Positions 56,430-64,000 of a stretch of 64,000 nucleotides of DNA are shown here, one piece after another (position 1 is the stretch's first letter; each line of letters opens with the position of its first letter). The translations under genes were made by a program, and so were the position numbers. A model generated the notes under the pieces. That model ran no database searches and was not told the DNA's origin. It was given only the letters and a program-made list of their open reading frames with translations. The stretch comes from Candidatus Yanofskybacteria bacterium CG10_big_fil_rev_8_21_14_0_10_36_16. Lineage in GTDB: Bacteria; Patescibacteriota; Minisyncoccia; 2-02-FULL-40-12; IGHO2-01-FULL-4-A. Location: positions 1,785 through 65,784 of the forward strand of contig PCXQ01000007.1 in NCBI GenBank assembly GCA_002794035.1, read 5' to 3'.

Positions 56430-57524
56430 CTAGGAACGCAATGGCATTATAAGATAAAGAAAACCATCTTCTTTGTCTGGGACCATTAACAATGGGCTCC
56501 CGTCTCCTGTGTGTTTTATTATCACATTTTCAGTGCTTATATTTTTTAAACCATCAAGAAGGTAGTTATAATTAACAGTAACTTCAAATGGATTGTTTTT
56601 TAGTTCAGAACTTAGAGATGCAACCATATTACCTTTATCATTGTTTTGAGCTATTATTTCAGTTTTATTATTTGTAACCTTTAATTTAATGTCATATATG
56701 CTTGATGAAAAAAAACCAGCAGTTCTTATACTTCTTTCAAAATCACCTTTTTTTAACCTAAGCAAAGAAACAATTTTATCTGGAATTATTTTTTTATAAT
56801 CTGGATATCTACCGTCAACCAATCGGGATACAAGTTCAAAATCGTTACCATATGCCATGATTTGATTCTCGGCTATTACAATATTTATCTTACCATTATA
56901 AGTTTCAGCTATTCTCATTAACTCTACAGCAGTTTGCCTGGGCAATATTAAACTCCCCTTATAACTTCCGCCTTCAATATTATCAACAATTTTTTCAGAC
57001 AACCTAAAACTATCAGTTGAAGCAAACTCTATTTTTTTATCACCGACATTTATAAAAACACCGGCTAATTCAGGTCTTGTATCTGAAGGCAAAACTGAAT
57101 CTATAACACTGGCGAGTGATTGTTTTAATTCTTGAGGATTAAAAGATACTTCATTTTCTTTTTTAATTTTAGGAATAATCGGAAAATCTTCAGTACTATA
57201 ACCTAGTAATTTTGTTTTATAATCTTCTGAATCAATTTTTAATGTATTGCCGTCTGTTACTAAAGATATTTTTTCATCTTTTATATTAGAAACCAGTCCT
57301 GAGAATAACCTCGCTGGAACAGCAACTTCACCATCTTTAGCAATTTTAGCTCCCAACCAACAATTTATACCTAGTTCAAGATTTGTAGCTGAAATTTTAA
57401 CATTGTTTTTCTCTGTCTTTAATTTTACCGTGCTTAAAATTGGCAAAGAAACATTTTTAGAAATTATCCTTTCTAAAATCCTGAGTGCATTATTTAATTT
57501 TTCCCTATTAACGGTAATCTGCAT
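56430..57524 (-). CDS. dnaN: DNA polymerase III beta sliding clamp
   Basis: MQITVNREKLNNALRILERIISKN..LPILSTVKLK N-terminus, three-domain length (364 aa), and position directly downstream of dnaA. Confidence 0.9.
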   Translation of the reverse strand: MQITVNREKLNNALRILERIISKNVSLPILSTVKLKTEKNNVKISATNLELGINCWLGAKIAKDGEVAVPARLFSGLVSNIKDEKISLVTDGNTLKIDSEDYKTKLLGYSTEDFPIIPKIKKENEVSFNPQELKQSLASVIDSVLPSDTRPELAGVFINVGDKKIEFASTDSFRLSEKIVDNIEGGSYKGSLILPRQTAVELMRIAETYNGKINIVIAENQIMAYGNDFELVSRLVDGRYPDYKKIIPDKIVSLLRLKKGDFERSIRTAGFFSSSIYDIKLKVTNNKTEIIAQNNDKGNMVASLSSELKNNPFEVTVNYNYLLDGLKNISTENVIIKHTGDGSPLLMVPDKEDGFLYLIMPLRS

Positions 57525-57769
57525 AATTATATTATTATATATTTAATTAAATATATTATTATTATTATACCTGTTTATATCTGTATAACTCTTTTTAGTG
57601 TTTAAATACAATACTAAATGATGTGTGATGATTACTAATAACCTGTGGAAAATATATTTATAAAAAATGGATAATTGGTACATGGTCGGTTATCACCAAA
57701 CATAGAAACTCAATATCAACATAGTTATCAGACGTGTTATACACATAATCTCAACTTAATTTACCTTAA
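57525..57769. promoter_or_regulatory. candidate oriC region (dnaA-dnaN intergenic): AT-rich with DnaA-box-like 9-mers
   Basis: TGTGGAAAA (57644-57652), TTATCACCA (57690-57698), TTATCAGAC (57725-57733) and TTATACACA (57737-57745) each differ by 1-2 nt from TTATCCACA/TGTGGATAA. Flanked by long A/T tracts. Confidence 0.45.
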
Positions 57770-59140
57770 TTAGGCATCAAAAGTTTGGTATATTTTTTCC
57801 TTTATTAATGTTAATTCTTGCTTTGTTCTTTGATCAGCGTCTTCTTCTGCTTTTATTTTTTCATATCCATGAATAATTGTAGAGTGATCTCTGTTTCCAA
57901 GCTTTGATCCTATCTCAGGGAAAGAATATTTTGTCTCCTCTCTTAATAAAAACATGCAAACCTGTCTTGGTCTCACAACTTCTTTTTTACGGCTCCTTTT
58001 TACAATATCATTTATTGAAACATCATAAAAATCAGATACCGCTTTAAGTATTGTCTGGTGGGTGGTTTTCTTAAATGGAGTACTTAAGTAAGCAGCAAGA
58101 AGTTTTTTAACTTCCTTAAAGTTTGGTATTTTGTTGTAGATTTGACTAAAAGCATAAATTCTATTTAGTGCTCCCTCTAACTCTCTAACATTTCTTTGTA
58201 TGTTTGTTGCAATATAGGACAACGATTGATCGTCTATATCAAAATCTTTTTGTGTTGCTTTTAACTTTAATATAGCAAGACGTGTTTCAAAATCAGGTAT
58301 ACCAATATCTGCTATCATTCCACCTTCAAATCTTGACCTAAGTCTTTCTTCTAATGTTGGTATGGCACTAGGAGGCCTGTCTGAAGATAATATTATTTGT
58401 TTATTTTTACTATAAAGCTCATTAAATGTTGAGAATATTATTTCTTGAGTTTTTTCTTTTCCAGCTACAAACTGAATATCATCTATTATTAGTAAATCTA
58501 AAAGACAATATTTTTGTTTTAAATCCTCTATTGTTTTGTTTTTTAATGAATCTAAAATTTCAGCGGTGATTTTCTCTGCTGGTGTGTAAAGTATTTTACA
58601 ACTGGGATCTTTTGAGAATATTTTGTTACCAATTGAGTGTAAAAGATGAGTTTTTCCTAAACCAACTCCGCCATAAAGAAATAAAGGGTTATAAGTTTTA
58701 CCTAGATTTTTTACAACTGCTAAACTTGCTGCGTGAGCCAATTCATTGTTTGAACCAACTATGAAGAAATCGAAAGTATATCTTTTGTTTAGGTTGTTAG
58801 TCTTGTTAACCTCTAAATCTGCAGACTCCTTTTTAACAGATTCATTTTTTATAAATTGAGCAAAGTCGCCTTTTTGAATTCTTTCAGCTAAATTGCCACC
58901 TCCGATAGTGTATTTTATTTCTCTTACTTCGGGCTTAACATCTCCAATTATTTTAAAAATTGTTTTATTAAACTTCTTTTCCAGCCACTCTTTAGCAAAA
59001 CCATTGGGGACATTAATTAAAATAGCAGTATCACTACTTGAAACAATTGATGTGTTTTTAAACCAGGTAGTAAAATTTGCCTTAGATAAAGACAATTCCA
59101 TCTCATCTAAAACAATTTTCCACAATTCTTGATTTGTCAT
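57770..59140 (-). CDS. dnaA: chromosomal replication initiator protein DnaA
   Basis: AAA+ Walker A GGVGLGKTHLLHSIGN, the RSRFEGGMIADI box, and the C-terminal DNA-binding signature IGSKLGNRDHSTIIHGYEKI. Confidence 0.95.
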   Translation of the reverse strand: MTNQELWKIVLDEMELSLSKANFTTWFKNTSIVSSSDTAILINVPNGFAKEWLEKKFNKTIFKIIGDVKPEVREIKYTIGGGNLAERIQKGDFAQFIKNESVKKESADLEVNKTNNLNKRYTFDFFIVGSNNELAHAASLAVVKNLGKTYNPLFLYGGVGLGKTHLLHSIGNKIFSKDPSCKILYTPAEKITAEILDSLKNKTIEDLKQKYCLLDLLIIDDIQFVAGKEKTQEIIFSTFNELYSKNKQIILSSDRPPSAIPTLEERLRSRFEGGMIADIGIPDFETRLAILKLKATQKDFDIDDQSLSYIATNIQRNVRELEGALNRIYAFSQIYNKIPNFKEVKKLLAAYLSTPFKKTTHQTILKAVSDFYDVSINDIVKRSRKKEVVRPRQVCMFLLREETKYSFPEIGSKLGNRDHSTIIHGYEKIKAEEDADQRTKQELTLIKEKIYQTFDA

Positions 59141-59515
59141 AAGTTTAAGATAATATCTAAACTCTATCTCTGTTTCAAGTGATATTTTAACGTTATATTA
59201 ATTATTTTTAAAACAGATTGTATTATTATGGACCGAGTTTAGTATTCAGCTTTGTTCTTATTATAGTCAGTTTTTTAAACTCCCGATACAAATTAGTTGA
59301 TAACCTGTTAATATATTGGGTATAAGTAATAAAATAATATATAAAACGTTTAAAATATTATAATGGAAACAGTTTTTTAAAGATTAAAGTATTTATTTTG
59401 TAAATTAAACAAAAACCGCAGTAAAAAACATGATTTAAACCTGCGGTTTTGTGTAATAAAATTTAAGGTAGTTCATTTTGACTAAAATGGTTTTTTAATA
59501 TAATATAGGTGTATT
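59141..59515. promoter_or_regulatory. dnaA-rpmH intergenic region: dnaA and rpmH promoters, possible second oriC module
   Basis: AT-rich 375-bp spacer between divergent dnaA and rpmH. Contains a TTGACT...TATAAT-like pair near 59478-59504 and a hairpin AAACCGCAG(n20)CTGCGGTTT at 59412-59449. Confidence 0.35.
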
Positions 59516-59662
59516 ATGACAAGATCAAAAGCGACGACTTATCGTCCCAAAAAAGAAAAAAGGAAAAAGAAACACGGTTTCCTGGCTAGAAAGAAATCAA
59601 ATAACGGTAAAAAAGTATTAAGCAGGAGAATGAGAAAGGGCAGGAAGAGATTAACGGTGTAG
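59516..59662 (+). CDS. rpmH: 50S ribosomal protein L34
   Basis: 48-aa [51 protein letters not shown] matches the L34 consensus (..HGFRARM.T..GR.VL.RRR.KGRKRL). AGGTG RBS 5 nt upstream. Missing from the ORF track only because it is under 60 aa. Confidence 0.9.
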   Translation: MTRSKATTYRPKKEKRKKKHGFLARKKSNNGKKVLSRRMRKGRKRLTV

Positions 59663-59715
59663 TAGAGGGTGTAAAATCCAAACTTTTTATATAACAGTTT
59701 GGATTTTACACCCTC

Positions 59716-60066
59716 ATGTCTTTACCGATAAATCTTAGATTAAAAAAGAATTCAGACTTTCAGAAAGTTATAAAAAATGGAAAATCCGTTAACGGGGAGT
59801 TTTTATTTATTAAATTTGTTAAAAATGAATTAGACCATTCAAGATTCGGCATAGTTGTTTCATCAAAAGTATCAAGCAAAGCAACTGCAAGAAATAAAAT
59901 TAAAAGGAGAATCTCTGAATCAATTTCACCTATTTACAAAAAACAAAAAACAAATCTTGATATTGTTGTTATTTCTATTCCGCGTATCTTAGAAAAAACC
60001 CAAAAAGAAATCAAGAGTAAATTGGATGAAATACTAAACAAAGTTTTTAGTCAATACAAAAAATAA
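59716..60066 (+). CDS. rnpA: ribonuclease P protein component
   Basis: RLKKNSDFQKVIKNGKSVNGEFLFIKFVKN and the basic RNR-like region KATARNKIKRRI. Canonical position after rpmH. Confidence 0.85.
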   Translation: MSLPINLRLKKNSDFQKVIKNGKSVNGEFLFIKFVKNELDHSRFGIVVSSKVSSKATARNKIKRRISESISPIYKKQKTNLDIVVISIPRILEKTQKEIKSKLDEILNKVFSQYKK

Positions 60067-60090
60067 AACAATTATTTTTAAAAAAAATAA

Positions 60091-60312
60091 ATGAAAAAAA
60101 TATTATTTAAATTCATAGATTTTTATAAAGCAATGTTTTCTCCTTTTATTCACACGCTTTATCCCTTGAATGGTTGTAAATTTTATCCAACTTGCTCAGA
60201 GTATTCGCATGATGTTATTGAAAAGCACGGAGTTATAAAAGGCGTAGGAAAGTCCGTATGGAGAATTTTAAGATGTAACCCTCTTTCCCAAGGCGGGATA
60301 GACCAAGCGTGA
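60091..60312 (+). CDS. yidD: membrane protein insertion efficiency factor YidD
   Basis: FYPTCSEYSHDVIEKHGVIKGVGKSVWRILRCNPLSQGGID is the YidD/hemolytic-domain signature. Confidence 0.85.
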   Translation: MKKILFKFIDFYKAMFSPFIHTLYPLNGCKFYPTCSEYSHDVIEKHGVIKGVGKSVWRILRCNPLSQGGIDQA

Positions 60313-60433
60313 TAATTTGTAGTAGAGTATTAAAATAACATAATTATTTTAATTAAGAATTTCCGATGTTTTAAATTGAGACTCTTAGATAAATAAATCA
60401 AGGAACTCAAAAGATTGTCGGGATTTAGACACA

Positions 60434-61153
60434 GTGTCTTTTTTATTTAACGAACTTCTTTTTAGACCAATATTTAATATTTTAGTTTTTCTATACGACG
60501 TCATACCGGGCAATGATTTTGGTGTAGCAATAATAATATTAACAATATTAATTAAGCTCATATTTTTCCCTCTCACAGCAAAGTCGTTGGTTGCACAGAG
60601 AAAATTATCCGAACTTCAACCTAAAGTAAAAGAACTACAGGAAAAATATAAAAACGATCGTCAAAAATTAGGAGCAGAAACGATGGCGTTATATAAACAG
60701 CATCAAATAAACCCTCTTAGTGGTTGCTTCCCTATTTTGATTCAATTGCCGGTTTTATTTGCCTTGTTTAAGGCTTTAAATATTGTTTTTGAGCCTGAAA
60801 GCCTGGATTTTGTATATGGTTTTATTTCAAATCCGGGAGCTATAAAAGAAACTTCTTTTTACTTTTTAAACCTATCGGTTAACAACCCTACCCTTGCTAT
60901 TACAGCTGGTGTTTTGCAATATTTCCAAATTAAAGTATCAAATACAAACAGGCCTAAACAAGGCGATGCCGTACAAGACCCTACTCAAAAGTCTTTAAAT
61001 CAAATGACAAAGCAAATGTTGTATTTTTTCCCGATTATGATTATAATTATAGCTTGGAATTTCCCTACAGGCCTAGTTCTTTATTGGGTTGTAACTACCG
61101 GACTTTCAATTGTTGAACAAAAGATTATAAATAAAAAACACTTTAGTAATTAA
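60434..61153 (+). CDS. yidC: membrane protein insertase YidC (short form)
   Basis: About 239 aa with five TM helices. The conserved region LSGCFPILIQLPVLFALF, and position after rnpA-yidD. Confidence 0.85.
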   Translation: MSFLFNELLFRPIFNILVFLYDVIPGNDFGVAIIILTILIKLIFFPLTAKSLVAQRKLSELQPKVKELQEKYKNDRQKLGAETMALYKQHQINPLSGCFPILIQLPVLFALFKALNIVFEPESLDFVYGFISNPGAIKETSFYFLNLSVNNPTLAITAGVLQYFQIKVSNTNRPKQGDAVQDPTQKSLNQMTKQMLYFFPIMIIIIAWNFPTGLVLYWVVTTGLSIVEQKIINKKHFSN

Positions 61154-61154
61154 A

Positions 61155-61646
61155 ATGAATAATGAATCAGACAATTTAGTTGTTGATTTAACCAAAAAAC
61201 TCTTAGGTTTTTTGGGTTTTGATAAAAATAGTGAGGTTGAAGCTCATAATAATGACGATGGTGTTTTAGTTTCCATAACCTCAAATGATAAAATGGGATT
61301 ATTGATTGGCAAAAACGGACAAAACATAAATGCTATAGAACATCTTATAAGGACACTAATTAACAAAAAACAGTCTAGTGAGCAATTAGACAAGTTTACC
61401 CCAATAAGATTTTCACTAGATATAAATGATTATAAAAAAATAAGATCTCAACAAGTTATAAATACTGCCCGAGATGTTGCTAATAGGGTTTCGCAAAACA
61501 GAAGGTCAGAAGCAATGTATCCTATGAATTCTTATGAAAGAAGGCTTATACATTCCGAACTTGCTTCATATAATGACATTGAAACTGAAAGTGTCGGAGA
61601 AGAACCTAGACGAAGGGTTGTGATAAAACCTACTGTTGAAATATAA
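61155..61646 (+). CDS. jag: Jag/KhpB-like RNA-binding protein (KH plus R3H domains)
   Basis: R3H motif YPMNSYERRLIHSELASYNDIETESVGEEPRRRVVI. Canonical position after yidC. Confidence 0.8.
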   Translation: MNNESDNLVVDLTKKLLGFLGFDKNSEVEAHNNDDGVLVSITSNDKMGLLIGKNGQNINAIEHLIRTLINKKQSSEQLDKFTPIRFSLDINDYKKIRSQQVINTARDVANRVSQNRRSEAMYPMNSYERRLIHSELASYNDIETESVGEEPRRRVVIKPTVEI

Positions 61647-63087
61647 AAAACAACCGATATTTTTAATTTTAAATTGTAAGCTCTTGTTTTTTAGAACAAT
61701 ATTTTCAAACTTCAGTATTGCAACTATATCCCGCCTTTTGATTGGCGGGATTAGTTTGATTATAGTGGCTATGTTAACAAGACATCTTGGTCCTGATGGT
61801 TATGGTGATTACAACACTATATTTGCTTATATTTTTTTATTTGTAACAGGAGCTGATCTTGGTCTGTACACTGTATTAACTAGAGAAATATCAAGACCTG
61901 GTGCAGACGAAGAAAAAATAATAGGTAATATATTTACCATTCGATTAGGGGCAATATTATTAGGGGCTGTTGTGGCAAACATAATAGCTGTTTTTTTGCC
62001 TTATTCTGGTTTAGTTAAGTTAGGAATTTTTATTGGGACCATATTCATGGTTTTGTCATCATTGGGTCAGGTTTTGATGGGGATTTTTCAAAAAAGACTT
62101 AGGGTTTACTTAGTTTCAGCAGCCGACTTGATAGCAAGAATAGTTCAATTGTTTTTAATATTTTTACTTATCTTTCTAAAAGCACCATTTTTGTTTTTTA
62201 TAGGAGTTGTGGTAATTTCTGAAGTTATACATTTTGTCTCTATATTTATGTTTGCTTTAAAGCTGGTTAAAATCAGAGTTCTTTTTGATCTTGATTATTG
62301 GAAGGAGGTTTTTAAAATCGCATTACCGATAGCTGCATCTTTGGTTTTTGTTTTAATCTATTTTAAGATAGATACATTTTTGTTGTCCATAATGAAACAA
62401 CCATATGATGTAGGTGTCTATTCTGTTGCTTATAAAATACTTGAGTTTGTGATATTTTTCCCGGCAATTTATCTAGGTCTTGTTATGCCGGTTTTATCAA
62501 AATATGCAATATCGAATAAAGATAAATTTAAAGAACTATTCAAAAAAATTTTTAATAACCTTTCTGTTTTTGGATTGCCTTTGGCGGCAATTATTTTTAC
62601 TGCTCCGGACCAGATTGCGGTAGTTCTTGGGGGAAGTCAGTTTTTAGAATCTGGATCTGTTTTACAAATATTAAGCATTGCAGTTTTGCTTATATTTTTT
62701 GGAAACCTCGGAGGGCACGCACTTGTTGCTCTAAACTTACAAAAGAAGGGTATGTGGATATATATGTTGGGCATGGTTATTAATCTTATGGGAAATATTA
62801 TTTATATTCCTAAGTATTCTTTTGTTGCAGCTGCTTGGACGACAGTAATTACTGAAATTATAGTTACTATTACTATGTTTTATATTATAAAAAAACACAT
62901 AAAACTTGTTCCTGATTTCGATATACTCCTTAAATCTTTATTCGCAAGTTTAATAATAGGAAGTCTTATATATATATTAAATCCAAGCAATATCTTTTTT
63001 GTGGGGTTAATTTCCCTAATTTACTTACCAGCGATATATCTATTTGGAGGAATTAAAAAAGAAGATTTTGTATCTTTGGTTGGTTAA
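61636..63087 (+). CDS. MOP-superfamily flippase (Wzx/MurJ-like polysaccharide or lipid-II flippase)
   Basis: About 12-14 predicted TM helices with Wzx/MurJ-like organisation. Overlaps jag by 11 nt. Confidence 0.5.
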   Translation: MKYKKQPIFLILNCKLLFFRTIFSNFSIATISRLLIGGISLIIVAMLTRHLGPDGYGDYNTIFAYIFLFVTGADLGLYTVLTREISRPGADEEKIIGNIFTIRLGAILLGAVVANIIAVFLPYSGLVKLGIFIGTIFMVLSSLGQVLMGIFQKRLRVYLVSAADLIARIVQLFLIFLLIFLKAPFLFFIGVVVISEVIHFVSIFMFALKLVKIRVLFDLDYWKEVFKIALPIAASLVFVLIYFKIDTFLLSIMKQPYDVGVYSVAYKILEFVIFFPAIYLGLVMPVLSKYAISNKDKFKELFKKIFNNLSVFGLPLAAIIFTAPDQIAVVLGGSQFLESGSVLQILSIAVLLIFFGNLGGHALVALNLQKKGMWIYMLGMVINLMGNIIYIPKYSFVAAAWTTVITEIIVTITMFYIIKKHIKLVPDFDILLKSLFASLIIGSLIYILNPSNIFFVGLISLIYLPAIYLFGGIKKEDFVSLVG

Positions 63088-63094
63088 TTTGAAT

Positions 63095-63122
63095 AAAAAA
63101 CCCGCCTAGGCGGGTTTTTTAT
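63095..63122. terminator. bidirectional rho-independent terminator
   Basis: AAAAAACCCGCCtagGCGGGTTTTTT. Confidence 0.7.
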
Positions 63123-63138
63123 TCGAGTCTCTAATAGT

Positions 63139-64000
63139 TTATATTTCTAATGAATACAGCCTGTTGTTATTTAAGTTTTTAAATATAAGGTAGTCTTCTG
63201 TGGGTGTTAACATTAATCCTTCTACATCAATATCTACACTAGGTGTATATATATTTTCTGATTCTCCTGTCTCAATGTTTATTTTATAAAAAGTGTCTCC
63301 ACCGAATTGGCCTGTTTTAGCACAATAAATAGTTTTATCATCTATACCCCAAGCACACTTGGAGGCCGTTGTTTCAAAGTCTATCTTTGTTTCTATTCTT
63401 TGATTCATATTTTGATAATACAGATTATTTACTTCATCATAAATATTATAATAGGAGTATAAAACTTTGTTGCCACCTTTAGACCACTTAAATTCTAGGT
63501 CTTTTTTAATACCTAAAACATTCTGTAGTCCGGCTGTTTCAGTATTTAAAATAAAGACATCATGTGTTCGCCTGTCTTGACCGCTTCTTTTTGTTAAATA
63601 AAGTTCTGTTGAACCTAACCAGTTAATTGTCCAGTCAGACACCCTTGTTTGCATAAGGTTTTTATATGAACTAATTTGCGAATCAGACACTCTAATATTT
63701 CCTTTATTCTCATCTTCATCAAAACTCAAGTAAGCCAGTTTGTCTTCAAAAGGCGATAATGCTGGTGATATAAGACCTGTGCTGAATTTTTTTGAGGCAC
63801 CTGTTTCTAGATTCAAAAAAGTACTGTTTTTACCAACTGTTATAAACAATTTTTTTCTATCCCCTGACCAGCTTACATGGTTGGCTGATGTGGGTGTGTT
63901 GGATATCACTTGAGGAGAATTAGAGCCGTCAACAGATACAGAACGTAACTCCCCGCTTGAAGGCACATAATATAGTACGTTTTTTCCGTTTTCGGACAAA
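63139..64000 (-). CDS. beta-propeller (TolB/WD40-like) protein, C-terminal part (gene continues beyond window end)
   Basis: ORF open to the window edge on the minus strand. Repetitive beta-strand-rich segments typical of TolB-like propellers. Function not assignable. Confidence 0.4.
   Translation of the reverse strand, partial: LSENGKNVLYYVPSSGELRSVSVDGSNSPQVISNTPTSANHVSWSGDRKKLFITVGKNSTFLNLETGASKKFSTGLISPALSPFEDKLAYLSFDEDENKGNIRVSDSQISSYKNLMQTRVSDWTINWLGSTELYLTKRSGQDRRTHDVFILNTETAGLQNVLGIKKDLEFKWSKGGNKVLYSYYNIYDEVNNLYYQNMNQRIETKIDFETTASKCAWGIDDKTIYCAKTGQFGGDTFYKINIETGESENIYTPSVDIDVEGLMLTPTEDYLIFKNLNNNRLYSLEI

Noticed and set aside
59478-59504. TTGACT-15-TATAAT promoter-like pair just upstream of rpmH
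   Set aside because: The -10 hexamer would sit only 11 nt before the start codon and overlap the AGGTG RBS region, so the exact promoter assignment is doubtful; it is folded into the intergenic regulatory feature instead.

Overview
This is an AT-rich (about 35% GC) bacterial chromosome segment with a Patescibacteria (CPR)-like gene content. It spans the replication-origin neighbourhood: dnaN and dnaA with a DciA/DUF721-like gene on the minus strand, then rpmH-rnpA-yidD-yidC-jag on the plus strand. Housekeeping genes include valS (5' partial), gyrA, rpsA, ftsH, rplS, tig, nusA, a pilB/gspE ATPase, ruvB-yebC-ruvC, tyrS and a class A PBP. There are 11 tRNA genes. Accessory content is rich, and six items stand out. 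(1) A minus-strand tandem array of seven VirB2/TrbC-like pilin paralogs; the largest carries a poly-Pro linker, a PKD-like domain and an SxHxxGxTxD...HxH (LAS/M15-like) peptidase domain. (2) Two roughly 1.1-kb high-GC (about 60%) single-gene islets with no recognisable homology, flanking an AT-rich beta-CASP nuclease gene. (3) A tRNA-Leu(GAG) gene whose T-loop is interrupted by a 131-nt insertion closed by a 14-bp stem and containing a second complete tRNA-Leu(GAG); this would be a nested/intron-containing tRNA, undescribed for bacteria. (4) Two paralogous HTH proteins, each directly next to tRNA genes, one followed by an NYN/LabA-like nuclease-domain protein. (5) A genomically encoded tRNA-Ile with anticodon UAU. 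(6) Structured non-coding elements: a hairpin-rich region with a duplicated tRNA-Lys 3' end, a 170-nt element closed by a 21-bp stem with a G.U pair between pilB and ruvB, and a gene for a 42-aa poly-acidic peptide with its own terminator. No CRISPR array is present. All calls come from reading the sequence and the ORF translations; no searches were run.
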